Of a DNA stretch of 39,692 nucleotides, positions 21,315 through 33,755 are shown piece by piece. Below the pieces are notes generated by a model. The model searched no databases. It was given only the letters and a program-made list of their open reading frames with translations, and had not been told where the DNA came from. The first letter of the stretch is position 1, and the number at the start of each line of letters is the position of its first letter. The position numbers were made by a program, and so were the translations under genes. Origin of the DNA: Bacteroidota bacterium (GTDB lineage Bacteria; Bacteroidota; Ignavibacteria; UBA10030; UBA8401); contig JACFMZ010000014.1 in assembly GCA_019455105.1 (NCBI GenBank), forward strand, positions 1 to 39,692, given 5' to 3'.

Positions 21315-22766
21315 ATGATTTCTTTTAGTGAAACTCACGAACCAGAAATGTCTTCTTTAGAAATTTCCCCCGATATTGAAACTGTGTGGAATGAATTTCT
21401 CGGTCTTATAAAAAGCCAGATTAATTCTCAAAGTTTTAAATCATGGTTTGAACCGATTCATCCTGTGCGGTTAGAGGGAAATCTTTTAACGGTTGATGTG
21501 CCGAGTCAGTTTTTTTATGAATGGCTTGAAGAGCATTTTGCTTTGCTTATTTCTTCTTCATTGAAAAAAACTTTAGGAGCTGAAGCCCGTTTGATTTATA
21601 ATATTGCTCCTCTTGATGACCATGCTGCATCTTCTCCTTTTATTATACCGCAAACAGAATCATCAGCAAAAACAGAATCCGTAAAATATATAAAATCATT
21701 CAGCCAGGAAACCGTTCAGCCTCTTACTTATGACGGAACAAATCTTAATCCGCGCTATACGTTTAATAATTTTATTAAAGGTGAAAGCAATCAGTTGGCG
21801 CGGGCGGCTGCAATGGCGGTGGCAAACAATCCCGGCGGAACTTCGTTTAACCCGTTGGTATTGTACGGCGGAACCGGATTGGGAAAAACACATTTAATGC
21901 AGGCAATTGGTAATTATGCTATTGAAATAGGAAAAGCAAAAAGAGTTATTTATGTTACCAGTGAAAAATTTACCATTGAATTTATTGATGCCATCCGCGC
22001 CGATAAAGCAAATGATTTTTCTGCTTTTTACCGCAGCATGGATATTTTAATTGTTGACGATATTCAATTTCTTTCCGGAAAACCCGGAACCATTGAAAGT
22101 TTCTTCCACACCTTTAATTCGCTCCATCAGGCAGGAAAACAGATTATTCTTTCTTCGGACAGACCGCCGAAAGAATTACAAGGAATTGACGACCGTTTAA
22201 TTTCCCGCTTTCAATGGGGATTAACGGCAGATATTCAGGCACCGGATTTGGAAACCCGAACGGCGATTCTCCGCAAAAAGTGTGAAGACGAAAATGTCGT
22301 AATTCCCGATCAGGTTATTGATTTTATTGCCGCAAATGTTACTTCAAACGTTCGCGAGCTTGAAGGAGCATTTATAAAATTATTATTTAATGCTTCCATG
22401 CTAAACAGAGAAGTTGATGTTAGTTTAGCGAAAGAAGTATTAAAAGAATTGGTTACTGAAATTCGCTCTCCCGTAACAATTGAAGAAATTCAGCGCCTTG
22501 TCGCAGAATTTTTCGATATTCCGCCGGATTTACTGCGCGCAAAAACACGAAAGCAGGAAATTGTAAACGCACGGCAGATTGCCATGTATCTAGCAAAAGA
22601 TTTAACAAACTCTTCGTTAAAAACTATCGGACTAAATTTCGGCGGAAGAGATCACAGCACGGTTATTCATGCCTGCCAAACGGTGGAAGAACAAATAAGT
22701 GTTGATGCAAAATTTAAATCAACGATCGAAAGTATCTCTAAAAAAATAGAAATTTATTCGCGGTAG
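21315..22766 (+). CDS. dnaA: chromosomal replication initiator DnaA
   Basis: 483 aa. AAA+ Walker A 'GGTGLGKTHL', 'DDIQFL', and the C-terminal DNA-binding domain. Confidence 0.95.
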   Translation: MISFSETHEPEMSSLEISPDIETVWNEFLGLIKSQINSQSFKSWFEPIHPVRLEGNLLTVDVPSQFFYEWLEEHFALLISSSLKKTLGAEARLIYNIAPLDDHAASSPFIIPQTESSAKTESVKYIKSFSQETVQPLTYDGTNLNPRYTFNNFIKGESNQLARAAAMAVANNPGGTSFNPLVLYGGTGLGKTHLMQAIGNYAIEIGKAKRVIYVTSEKFTIEFIDAIRADKANDFSAFYRSMDILIVDDIQFLSGKPGTIESFFHTFNSLHQAGKQIILSSDRPPKELQGIDDRLISRFQWGLTADIQAPDLETRTAILRKKCEDENVVIPDQVIDFIAANVTSNVRELEGAFIKLLFNASMLNREVDVSLAKEVLKELVTEIRSPVTIEEIQRLVAEFFDIPPDLLRAKTRKQEIVNARQIAMYLAKDLTNSSLKTIGLNFGGRDHSTVIHACQTVEEQISVDAKFKSTIESISKKIEIYSR

Positions 22767-22778
22767 TTATTACTGCAT

Positions 22779-22816
22779 AAAAAATCCTGAATTGTTTCTA
22801 TTCAGGATTTTTTATT
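22779..22816 (+). terminator. intrinsic terminator after dnaA
   Basis: 9-bp stem 'atcctgaat/attcaggat' with a 7-nt loop, followed by 'tttttatttt'. Confidence 0.7.
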
Positions 22817-22889
22817 TTAAATAATCGTTTAATTTTCAGCCGCAGCGTAGAAAGAATTATTTATAGTGAGTAGTCTTAAATTCATGCCG

Positions 22890-23160
22890 ATATTTATCCA
22901 CAAAATCTCGTTGATAAGGTGTGTATGTGTGTGTGCAGGTTGTGGATTTATTTTCTTTATATCATAAATTTTTTTTATCTGTGAACAGCGGTGGATAAAC
23001 TATTGACTTCTCCACAATATTCCACAACAAATAATTTTTCTAACTTCATACAATAAAAAGAAATACAATAGTTATAAACATATCAACACTATTATTATTA
23101 CTCTTGTTTTATTTTAAAATATATTAATTTAAACAGAGCGAAAACCTGAAAACATAACAA
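22890..23160. promoter_or_regulatory. DnaA boxes plus AT-rich DUE-like stretch in the dnaA-dnaN spacer (oriC part 2)
   Basis: Perfect TTATCCACA at 22894-22902. One-mismatch boxes at 22941-22949, 22990-22998 and 23008-23016. A highly AT-rich segment follows at about 23080-23150 ('ttgttttattttaaaatatattaatttaaac'). The spacer is about 490 bp, unusually long for dnaA-dnaN. Confidence 0.65.
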
Positions 23161-23255
23161 CTTACGGTATAACTTTCTTTGAGTTTCAAACGAAAAATTC
23201 GTATATTAATCATCAAAAATTTTCATTTTAGCATTGCTTACGAGGAGGCAAATCG

Positions 23256-24371
23256 ATGAAATTTCAAGTTCAAAGCAGTGAACTTCAAAAAGCCTTAGCC
23301 AAAACAATTAACGTTGTTCCTACCCGTTCGACACTTCCAATTTTAGAGAATTTATTATTTGAGGTTCATTCCAACAATCTCAAAATAACGGCGACAGATT
23401 TAGAAATTTCCGTTGCGGTCTCCATTCAAATTAAAGGAAATGAAAACGGAACAATTGCCATTCCCGCAAAAAGAATTTTTGATACGGTCCGCGCGCTTCC
23501 CGATACGCCGATTTCGTTTTCCGTTGATACGGAATCGAACAAAATTAAAATGAAAACGGAAAACGGCGAATACACTTTAATAGGAGAAACAACCGATGTT
23601 TTTCCTTCTATTCCGGAATTTAAAGGCGAAACAGAATTCGTAACAGCGGCGCCGCTATTGCAGCAAATAATTGATAAAACCACCTTTGCGGTCAGCACGG
23701 ATGAACTTCGTCCTTCAATGATGGGTGTCCTTTTTCAAATAGGAGAAAATAAACTTGTTGCCGTTTCTACGGATGGTCATCGTTTGGTAAAAATTATCAA
23801 TAAAAACTTTTCTTCAAAAAAAATCTCCAAAGAAGTTATTATTCCCGCCAAAGCGTTGAATTTAATAGGAAAAGTTGCCGAAGGTGCGGAAACAAAAATT
23901 TCCATTAATGAAACACATATCGTCTTTAAATACGAAGGCGTTTCGTTAATTTCGCGTCTCATAGAAGAAAAATATCCTAACTTTGATACGGTAATTCCGC
24001 AGAATAACAATAAATATTTAATAGTAAATAAATACGAAATTTTACAATCCGTACGCCGCGTATCGCTTTATTCTAATTCAACAACACATCAAATACGCAT
24101 GTCGCTGATGAAAGACGAAGTAAAAATTACGGCAGAAGATCAGGATTTTGGCAGCGAGGCGAAAGAAACTATTTCCTGCGATTATAACGATGAAGAAATG
24201 GAAATCGGTTTTAACTCAGCGTACATTTTGGACATTCTTACGCATATCGACGGTGATGAAATACAATTTAATCTCAGCTCTTCAAATAAGGCGTCAATTG
24301 TTGTACCGCGCGTTCAAAAAGAGGGAGAAGAAATGTTAATGCTGGTAATGCCTGTTCGATTGAACAACTAA
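23256..24371 (+). CDS. dnaN: DNA polymerase III beta sliding clamp
   Basis: 371 aa with the three-domain clamp architecture. Conserved position after dnaA. Confidence 0.9.
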   Translation: MKFQVQSSELQKALAKTINVVPTRSTLPILENLLFEVHSNNLKITATDLEISVAVSIQIKGNENGTIAIPAKRIFDTVRALPDTPISFSVDTESNKIKMKTENGEYTLIGETTDVFPSIPEFKGETEFVTAAPLLQQIIDKTTFAVSTDELRPSMMGVLFQIGENKLVAVSTDGHRLVKIINKNFSSKKISKEVIIPAKALNLIGKVAEGAETKISINETHIVFKYEGVSLISRLIEEKYPNFDTVIPQNNNKYLIVNKYEILQSVRRVSLYSNSTTHQIRMSLMKDEVKITAEDQDFGSEAKETISCDYNDEEMEIGFNSAYILDILTHIDGDEIQFNLSSSNKASIVVPRVQKEGEEMLMLVMPVRLNN

Positions 24372-24392
24372 CGGCATTGCCAACAGCAGGCT

Positions 24393-25529
24393 ATGATTAT
24401 TACGAAGGCTCACCTGTTAAACTTCAGAAACCACTCTGCGTCTGCCTTTGAGTTTGCTCCGGCGATGAATGTTTTTCTCGGCGAAAACGGCCAGGGGAAA
24501 ACAAATATTCTCGAAGCGCTCTCTTTTTTATGTATAACAAAAAGTTTTTACGCCAGCGCAGACAGCATTGTGCTTCAGCGCGATAAAAATTTTTTTGAAG
24601 TGGAAGGAACCATTGAAGTTGAAACCGGCCGCGAATCGGCTGTGCGCGTAGCGTATGATGAGCGGATAAAGCAAAAAAAAATTTTTATCAACAACGGCGA
24701 AGTAGAAAAATTTTCAGAAGTTATCGGCAGATTTCCGGTGGTAATTTTATCGCCGGAAAATAATTCCATAACCTTCGGCGCGCCAGCAGAACGAAGAAAA
24801 TTTATTGATTTAATAATTTCGCAGTCGAACCGGTTATATGCTGAAGAAATGATTGAGTATAAAAGAATTCTGCGCCAGCGAAACAGAATTCTTTCCGAAT
24901 CCGATACGCGTTTGAATGAACGGGAACTGGAATCGTGGAACGACATGCTGGTAACATTCGGCGCACGCATTATTTTTAAACGCACGCAGTTTCTTCGCGA
25001 GTTTTCGCCGTATTTAATGCAGATGTATTCACAGCTTGTCAGCGAAAAAGAAATTCCGAAACTGTTGTATGCGCCGTCGGTTTCTCTTGAAGAAAACATT
25101 CCGCCGGATGAAATAGAAATTCTCTTACGGAAAAAATTAGAAAAACGAAGAGCCGATGAACTGCGCCTGCGGACAACCATTGTCGGTCCGCATCGCGATG
25201 AATGTATCTTCTCGCTGAACGGAATGCTTCTAAAAAATTATGCATCGCAGGGACAGCACAAAACATTTTTAATAGCGTTGAAAGCAGCGGAATTTTTCTA
25301 CTTAAAAGAGCGGTGCGAAGAAACACCGGTCTTTTTGCTGGATGATGTTTTCAGCGAACTGGATGAAGAACGAAGCAAAAAATTATTAACACTTGTGGAA
25401 ACATTGGGGCAAACGTTTATTACTACCACCAGTGAAAATATTTTCGGCCGTTCGCCGCAATGGAACAACGAACGAAAAAAATTTTTAATACGCAGCGGCT
25501 CGGTCATCAGCAGTATTAAAGCGGCATAA
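24393..25529 (+). CDS. recF: DNA replication and repair protein RecF
   Basis: 378 aa. Walker A 'GENGQGKTNILEA' and signature/Walker B 'LLDDVFSELD'. Confidence 0.9.
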   Translation: MIITKAHLLNFRNHSASAFEFAPAMNVFLGENGQGKTNILEALSFLCITKSFYASADSIVLQRDKNFFEVEGTIEVETGRESAVRVAYDERIKQKKIFINNGEVEKFSEVIGRFPVVILSPENNSITFGAPAERRKFIDLIISQSNRLYAEEMIEYKRILRQRNRILSESDTRLNERELESWNDMLVTFGARIIFKRTQFLREFSPYLMQMYSQLVSEKEIPKLLYAPSVSLEENIPPDEIEILLRKKLEKRRADELRLRTTIVGPHRDECIFSLNGMLLKNYASQGQHKTFLIALKAAEFFYLKERCEETPVFLLDDVFSELDEERSKKLLTLVETLGQTFITTTSENIFGRSPQWNNERKKFLIRSGSVISSIKAA

Positions 25530-25532
25530 GGT

Positions 25533-27864
<2,332 letters not shown>

Positions 27865-27895
27865 GAACCAGTAGAAAAAGAAACGAAAAATTTTT

Positions 27896-30586
27896 ATGGC
27901 GAATACAAACGAACGAATAATTCCTGTTGATATTGAAGATGAAATGAAAGGCTCGTACATCGATTACTCGATGTCGGTTATTGTAGCACGCGCGCTGCCG
28001 GATGTTCGCGACGGATTAAAACCGGTGCATCGCCGCGTGTTGTTCGGAATGAACGAGTTAAGTCTTGCGGCAAACAAGCCGTACAAAAAAAGCGCCCGCG
28101 TTGTCGGCGAGGTGCTCGGTAAATATCATCCGCACGGCGATTCGGCGGTGTACGATACCATTGTCCGCATGGCGCAGGATTTTTCTCTCCGCTATACGCT
28201 GGTGGACGGACAGGGAAATTTCGGCTCCATAGACGGCGACTCGCCGGCGGCAATGCGTTATACGGAAGTGCGCATGACGCGCGCGGCAGAAGAGATGCTG
28301 AAAGATTTGGAGAAAGAAACCGTTGACTTTTCGCCGAACTTTGATGATACGCTGCAGGAGCCGACCGTTCTTCCGGCGCAGATCCCGAATCTTCTGGTAA
28401 ACGGCGCAAGCGGAATTGCCGTGGGTATGGCAACAAACATTCCGCCTCACAATATGTCCGAAGTTATTGACGGCTGTATTGCCATGATTGACGATCGGGA
28501 TATAGACAATAAAAAGCTGATGAAGTATATCAAAGCTCCGGATTTTCCGACCGGCGGAATTATTTACGGATACGACGGCGTGAAAGAGGCGTACGAAAAA
28601 GGAAGAGGAAAAATTACCCTTCGTGCAAAAGCAACAATTGAAACAGCAAAGAACGACCGTCAAAGCATTATTGTTTCAGAAATTCCGTACCAAGTGAATA
28701 AGGCAAATCTGATTGAAAAAATTGCCGATCTTGTTCGCGATAAAAAAATTGAAGATATCTCCGCCGTAAACGATGAGTCCGACCGCGACGGAATGCGCAT
28801 TGTAATAGATTTAAAGCGCGATGCCAATGCCGGCGTTGTGTTGAATAATTTATATAAGTACACGCAGATGCAGACGACCTTCGGCGTTATTATGCTGGCG
28901 CTGGTGGACGGCAGACCTCAAGTGCTGCAGCTTCGCGATATGCTGAAACATTTTATCGATCATCGGAACGAAGTGATTGTCCGGCGCACAAAGTTCGATT
29001 TGCGTAAAGCGGAAGAACGCGCGCATATCCTGGAGGGATATATTATTGCGCTCGATAATATTGATGCCATTATTAAACTGATTAAAGCATCAAAAGATAC
29101 GCCGACTGCACGCGAAGGATTGATGAAAAAATTTAAACTTTCGGAAATTCAAGCAAACGCAATTCTTGAGATGCGTCTGCAGCGATTAACGGGGCTTGAA
29201 CGAAAGAAAATTGAGGATGAATACCGCGACATTATTAAACTTATCAACAAGTTAAAAGCAATTCTCGGCAGCAAGCAGCTGCAAATGCAGTTAATAAAAG
29301 AAGAACTGCTGGCAATAAAAGAAAAGTACGGCGATGAGCGTCGCACGGAAATTGTAATGAAGCAGACAGAATTCAAAATTGAAGATATGATCGCGGAAGA
29401 AGATGTTGTGATTACAATCTCCCATGCCGGTTATATTAAACGATTTCCTGTCAGCGGCTACCGAAGACAATCACGAGGCGGAAAAGGCGTTACGGGAGCG
29501 GCGGCACGCGAAGAAGATTTTACCGAGCATATGTTTATTGCCAGCACGCACAATTATATTTTATTCTTTACGGATAAAGGAAAATGTTATTGGCTGAAAG
29601 TCTTTGAAATTCCTGAAGGAGGAAGAACTTCAAAAGGAAAAGCTGTTACGAACCTTATTTCAAAAGAACAGAGCGAAAATATTACGGCATTCTTAAGCGT
29701 AAAAGAATTTGCGCCGAATACGTTTGCCTTTATGGTAACCGAACAGGGACAAATGAAAAAAACCTCGCTCGAAGAATTCAGCAATCCGCGCCGGAACGGC
29801 ATCGGTGCCATCTCTCTCGAAAAGGGAGATTCGCTGTGCGATGTGAAATTGACCGACGGAAGCCACGAACTGGTGATCGGCACGCATGAAGGAATTGCCA
29901 TTCGATTTCCGGAAAGTGAAGTACGTGCAATGGGTCGCGGCGCTTCCGGTGTCCGTGCTATTCGATTGGGAAAAAATGATAAAGTTATCGGCGCAGTTTC
30001 GTTGAAGCGGGTAACAACTACCATTCTTGTTGCTACCGAAAATGGTTTCGGCAAACGATCTAATCTTTCCGAATACCGCATCAGCCATCGCGGCGGAAAA
30101 GGAATTGCAACGCTTCGCGCAACCGAAAAAACCGGAAAGATGATTGCTATTAAAGAAGTGCAGAACACCGATGATATTGTTGTGGTAACAACCAGCGGAA
30201 TGGTTATTCGCCAATCGGCAGATGATGTTCGCGTTTCGGGAAGAAATACTTCCGGCGTTCGATTAATTCGGCTGGATACCGATGACCGCGTTGCGGCAAT
30301 TGCCGTTGTTACTTCCGAAGATGAAGAAGAAAAACGACTGGAAGCCGCCGATAAAACGGTTAACGGAAACGGTAAACCGAAAGAGACAAAAATCCAAGAA
30401 AAAAATCAAAACGAACTTTTTGATGATAAAAAAAAAGTCCTGAAAACAGCGAAGAGTAAAGGAAAAATAAAATCTCAACCGTCTAAAAAGAAAGAAAAAA
30501 CGGCAGAAAAGAAAGTGCAAAAGACAATTTCAAAAAAAGCAAAGAAAAACGAAAAAAAATCTGGAAAAAAACCAAAGAAAAAGTAA
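27896..30586 (+). CDS. gyrA: DNA gyrase subunit A with a C-terminal acidic-then-lysine-rich extension
   Basis: 896 aa. Catalytic-Tyr region 'AAMRYTE', GyrA-box '[11 protein letters not shown]', beta-pinwheel C-terminal domain. The last roughly 90 aa are low-complexity ('SEDEEEKR...[52 protein letters not shown]'). Confidence 0.95.
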   Translation: MANTNERIIPVDIEDEMKGSYIDYSMSVIVARALPDVRDGLKPVHRRVLFGMNELSLAANKPYKKSARVVGEVLGKYHPHGDSAVYDTIVRMAQDFSLRYTLVDGQGNFGSIDGDSPAAMRYTEVRMTRAAEEMLKDLEKETVDFSPNFDDTLQEPTVLPAQIPNLLVNGASGIAVGMATNIPPHNMSEVIDGCIAMIDDRDIDNKKLMKYIKAPDFPTGGIIYGYDGVKEAYEKGRGKITLRAKATIETAKNDRQSIIVSEIPYQVNKANLIEKIADLVRDKKIEDISAVNDESDRDGMRIVIDLKRDANAGVVLNNLYKYTQMQTTFGVIMLALVDGRPQVLQLRDMLKHFIDHRNEVIVRRTKFDLRKAEERAHILEGYIIALDNIDAIIKLIKASKDTPTAREGLMKKFKLSEIQANAILEMRLQRLTGLERKKIEDEYRDIIKLINKLKAILGSKQLQMQLIKEELLAIKEKYGDERRTEIVMKQTEFKIEDMIAEEDVVITISHAGYIKRFPVSGYRRQSRGGKGVTGAAAREEDFTEHMFIASTHNYILFFTDKGKCYWLKVFEIPEGGRTSKGKAVTNLISKEQSENITAFLSVKEFAPNTFAFMVTEQGQMKKTSLEEFSNPRRNGIGAISLEKGDSLCDVKLTDGSHELVIGTHEGIAIRFPESEVRAMGRGASGVRAIRLGKNDKVIGAVSLKRVTTTILVATENGFGKRSNLSEYRISHRGGKGIATLRATEKTGKMIAIKEVQNTDDIVVVTTSGMVIRQSADDVRVSGRNTSGVRLIRLDTDDRVAAIAVVTSEDEEEKRLEAADKTVNGNGKPKETKIQEKNQNELFDDKKKVLKTAKSKGKIKSQPSKKKEKTAEKKVQKTISKKAKKNEKKSGKKPKKK

Positions 30587-30624
30587 ATTACATAACCCCA
30601 TAATAAAACAAAAGGAGTGAAGCA

Positions 30625-31101
30625 ATGAAAAAAACACTCGTGATGCTTACAGTTTTTGCCGGAATCTTCATCGGCGGCTGCGCATCTCTAAAATTAGAAC
30701 CCGCAGATTTTTCCTGGCAGACGGAAGAAATTCTGGATATTGATAACAGCGGAATGGTTTCTGCCGTACGGTATAGCGTAGCGTTTAACGTAAAACCGCT
30801 GTTGGCAAAAGAATTTGCCGCCGATTCACTGCAGGCAAAAAATACAAAAGAAATTCGCTTGCTGCGAGACAAAGCAGGATTTTATTACATCGTTGCAAAG
30901 AATTTTAAAAACGTTTATATCTTCAGCCAGACAGAAGGCGGATTGAGTATGGAGAAAGCTGTTTCGGTTTCGCAGACAGAAATGGCGGATCCGAAATTTA
31001 ATTTCAATACTAAAACCAATGCGTATGAATTGTGGAACGGCAAAGAAAAATATCTTCTCACCAAAGCAGGAATTTCCCCGATGCAAGGAGGTGTAAAATG
31101 A
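30625..31101 (+). CDS. hypothetical lipoprotein
   Basis: 158 aa. Signal peptide plus lipobox 'FAGIFIGGC'. No recognisable domain. Its stop overlaps the next start (ATGA). Confidence 0.6.
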   Translation: MKKTLVMLTVFAGIFIGGCASLKLEPADFSWQTEEILDIDNSGMVSAVRYSVAFNVKPLLAKEFAADSLQAKNTKEIRLLRDKAGFYYIVAKNFKNVYIFSQTEGGLSMEKAVSVSQTEMADPKFNFNTKTNAYELWNGKEKYLLTKAGISPMQGGVK

Positions 31102-32306
31102 AACAATTCATAGCATTCGTACTGTTGGCATTTCTCTTTACCATGGGACAGGCGCAGGAACGAACAACTTCCGAAGTAAAACGGGATTTTGAAAAAGAAT
31201 TCAAATCGCTGATGAGAGAGCTGCGAACCGCCGATTCAACAAAAATTCAGGCGCTGCAGGAAAAAGTTCAAAACTTTGAAAACGAATATAAAGCCTACAG
31301 TGATTTTTTGAATAAAGCAGTTTTCCCGGACGGCTATGACGGAACCATTGATAAACTTCAAGACCAAATGAAAGAATCCGTTGAGCTGGTGGACAGCAGA
31401 GCGCGCATTGCTCAGTTAGAATCACAAATTCAAGAACTGAGCGGACAAATGAATCAGCTTTCAAAAGCAAACGATTCATTAATGGCGCAGTTAAAAAGCA
31501 TGAAATCCGAAATGGCAAAACTCCGCGAAACCGTAAAAGCGCTGCAGGCAAATATTGCCAAACGAGACGAAGTGGTGTTTGCACTTGTTGACAGTTTGTT
31601 TGTGCAGTACGATAAACAGCAGTTATCAAACAAAGACATTAACAAAATCTCTTCATTAGAAAAGAACAACGTTATTGCCAACATTAAACGTTCTATTAAC
31701 GATAATATGGCATTCTTGTCTTCTATGGCAATTTCTCCTTCCGATATGCCGAACGTTTTAATGCAGCAGCGCAAATTTGAAAATTCATGGAAAGGCGTCG
31801 GACAGAAACTTGCTAACGCGTATCTTTCTTCAAAAGATCGTTCGAAAGAAATTGCTGAAGTGGACGGAAAAATTGCTCAATGGCGCGCTCAGGTTGATGA
31901 AGCATTCTGGAAAGCATTAAACGGCGTGTTCGCCAATGAAAAATTATCCGTGCAGCCGTTTAATAACAGCGAAGAATTTTACAATAACATTATCCGCTTT
32001 ATTGATGACGAAATGAACAACACCGGCAATAAAGAGAGCGATGCGCGTCTTGCTGCTTACGAAGCGTTTGCTTACAAAGCGTGGGGAAGCGAAGTAAAAC
32101 CGGTCTGGGTTCCCGTGATGAAACAATATTCCCTGCTGACCGACGATCGTGTAAACGAAATTGACACGAAAGTAAAATTATGGTATGCGCAGGTTAAACC
32201 GGCAAACACCATAGTGTATATTTTAGTCGGCGCGTTAGTTCTTGCAGTCATCATCGGTTTGTATCTCGGAATGAAGAAACGTCCGACACCGCCGGCGGCA
32301 GCGTAG
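31098..32306 (+). CDS. hypothetical secreted coiled-coil protein with a C-terminal TM anchor
   Basis: 402 aa from the ATG at 31098 (the track ORF starts at 31032). RBS GGAGGTG precedes it. N-terminal signal peptide 'MKQFIAFVLLAFLFTMGQAQ', long heptad-like Q/L/K/E-rich stretches, and a C-terminal hydrophobic helix 'IVYILVGALVLAVIIGLYLGM' followed by 'KKRPTPPAAA'. Confidence 0.55.
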   Translation: MKQFIAFVLLAFLFTMGQAQERTTSEVKRDFEKEFKSLMRELRTADSTKIQALQEKVQNFENEYKAYSDFLNKAVFPDGYDGTIDKLQDQMKESVELVDSRARIAQLESQIQELSGQMNQLSKANDSLMAQLKSMKSEMAKLRETVKALQANIAKRDEVVFALVDSLFVQYDKQQLSNKDINKISSLEKNNVIANIKRSINDNMAFLSSMAISPSDMPNVLMQQRKFENSWKGVGQKLANAYLSSKDRSKEIAEVDGKIAQWRAQVDEAFWKALNGVFANEKLSVQPFNNSEEFYNNIIRFIDDEMNNTGNKESDARLAAYEAFAYKAWGSEVKPVWVPVMKQYSLLTDDRVNEIDTKVKLWYAQVKPANTIVYILVGALVLAVIIGLYLGMKKRPTPPAAA

Positions 32307-32310
32307 CAGT

Positions 32311-32532
32311 ATGCACACACATAAACATACAAACAGACCGGAAGCAGGAAAAAAATATACCTGCGTTTTAAACGGCGTTCCCGTGTACGATGCGGAGATT
32401 CAAGAAGCGCGGGGATGCTGGGCAACGGTTAAAGTCCTTCAGCCGAAACCGGGAAAGTATGAAAAGCATTATAAAGAAGGACAAGTAATGGATATTAAAG
32501 TGCAATATTATGAATTTTTAGAGAGTCATTAA
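32311..32532 (+). CDS. small hypothetical protein (73 aa, two Cys)
   Basis: It starts 4 nt after the coiled-coil gene and is followed by a strong terminator, which supports a real last gene of the operon. No known domain. Confidence 0.4.
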   Translation: MHTHKHTNRPEAGKKYTCVLNGVPVYDAEIQEARGCWATVKVLQPKPGKYEKHYKEGQVMDIKVQYYEFLESH

Positions 32533-32557
32533 AAAAATCGTAATACTATCAGTCATG

Positions 32558-32598
32558 AAAAGCGGATTTCTGAAAACAGAATCCGCTTTTTTATTTTA
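32558..32598 (+). terminator. intrinsic terminator
   Basis: 8-bp stem 'agcggatt/aatccgct' with an 11-nt loop, followed by 'tttttatttt'. Confidence 0.65.
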
Positions 32599-32647
32599 AA
32601 TGATTTTAGAATGTATCATACACGAAAAATTTCTAATAATTTTTCTC

Positions 32648-32676
32648 TTGACAAATTGATATTAAAGTAATATCAT
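32648..32676 (+). promoter_or_regulatory. sigma70-like promoter for the SPFH cassette
   Basis: TTGACA (32648-32653), a 17-bp spacer, then TATCAT (32671-32676). SD GGAGG lies 7 nt before the ATG at 32707. Confidence 0.5.
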
Positions 32677-32706
32677 AACAATATCAATTAACAAACGGAG
32701 GAAAAA

Positions 32707-33582
32707 ATGGATTCAATTACCGAAAAAACCGGAAAACGTCTAAACGGATATGTTATGCTGGCGTTGTTTATTTTACTTTTAGCATTAACAATATACTTGT
32801 TAGTAAAAACAATAATTAGCGAAAACTTTATTTTGCTGGCTGTTGATATTTTGTTATTTGTTGCTGTGTTTTTAATGATGAGCGGATTTTTTACCATTCA
32901 GCCGAATGAAGCCCGCGTTCTTATTCTGTTCGGAAAATATGTCGGCTCGGTGCGTGAGTCGGGATTTCATTGGACAAATCCTTTTGTCTCAAGAAAAAAT
33001 GTTTCACTTCGTATTCGTAACTTCAACAGTGATAAGCTGAAGGTGAACGATCTCGACGGCAATCCGATTGAAATTGCCGCCGTTATTGTTTGGCGTGTTA
33101 TCGATTCTGCCCGCGCGTTGTTTGATGTGGAAAATTATGAACAGTTCGTCGCTATTCAAAGCGAGACAGCAATCCGTTCGCTGGCTTCGGAATATTCGTA
33201 CGATTCTCACAATGATGAGCATGCATCGCTTCGCGGAAATCCTCAGGAAATTGCCGAGAATTTAAAGAAGCAGGTTGAAACGCGTCTTGTTGTTGCGGGC
33301 GTTGATATTATTGAATCACGCATCAGTCATCTTGCGTACGCTCCGGAAATTGCGCAGGCAATGCTTCGCCGGCAGCAGGCACAGGCAATAGTTGCTGCGC
33401 GGAAAAAAATTGTTGAAGGTGCGGTCGGCATGGTGCAAGATGCCTTAACAATGCTGGCAGAACAAAACATTGTAACGTTGGATGAAGATAAAAAAGCGAC
33501 GATGGTAAATAATTTAATGGTTGCATTAGTTTCAGAATCCGAAACACAGCCGGTAATAAATACCGGGACATTGTATCAATGA
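32707..33582 (+). CDS. SPFH/band-7 (stomatin/prohibitin-like) membrane protein
   Basis: 291 aa. N-terminal TM helices, then an SPFH core ('[17 protein letters not shown]...[16 protein letters not shown]...') and a C-terminal helical region. Confidence 0.8.
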   Translation: MDSITEKTGKRLNGYVMLALFILLLALTIYLLVKTIISENFILLAVDILLFVAVFLMMSGFFTIQPNEARVLILFGKYVGSVRESGFHWTNPFVSRKNVSLRIRNFNSDKLKVNDLDGNPIEIAAVIVWRVIDSARALFDVENYEQFVAIQSETAIRSLASEYSYDSHNDEHASLRGNPQEIAENLKKQVETRLVVAGVDIIESRISHLAYAPEIAQAMLRRQQAQAIVAARKKIVEGAVGMVQDALTMLAEQNIVTLDEDKKATMVNNLMVALVSESETQPVINTGTLYQ

Positions 33583-33755
33583 GCGGGAAGAAAAAATTCT
33601 TACTGCGGCTGGATGAAACGCTGTACAGCGCGCTTGAAAAATGGGCGTCTGACGATCTTCGGAGCGTCAACGCCCAAATTGAATTTTTGCTTTCCGAAGC
33701 GCTGAAAAAAGCCGGTCGCCAGAAAAAATCGAATTCAGAAGGAGACGCACAATGA
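33579..33755 (+). CDS. ribbon-helix-helix (Arc/CopG-like) small DNA-binding protein, 58 aa
   Basis: I translated this by hand: [59 protein letters not shown] beta-strand 'FLLRLDE' followed by two helices fits the RHH/Arc pattern. ATGA overlap with the SPFH stop and ATGA-type overlap with the next start. Omitted by the ORF track (under 60 aa). Confidence 0.55.
   Translation: MSGKKKFLLRLDETLYSALEKWASDDLRSVNAQIEFLLSEALKKAGRQKKSNSEGDAQ

Noticed and set aside
24575-25180. 201-aa minus-strand ORF inside recF
   Set aside because: Antisense to recF. Ser/Arg-rich and not plausible as a separate gene.
28058-28663. 201-aa minus-strand ORF, and the 152/193/173-aa minus ORFs, inside gyrA
   Set aside because: Antisense to a highly conserved gyrase gene. 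Cys/Arg-rich composition typical of reverse-frame translation.
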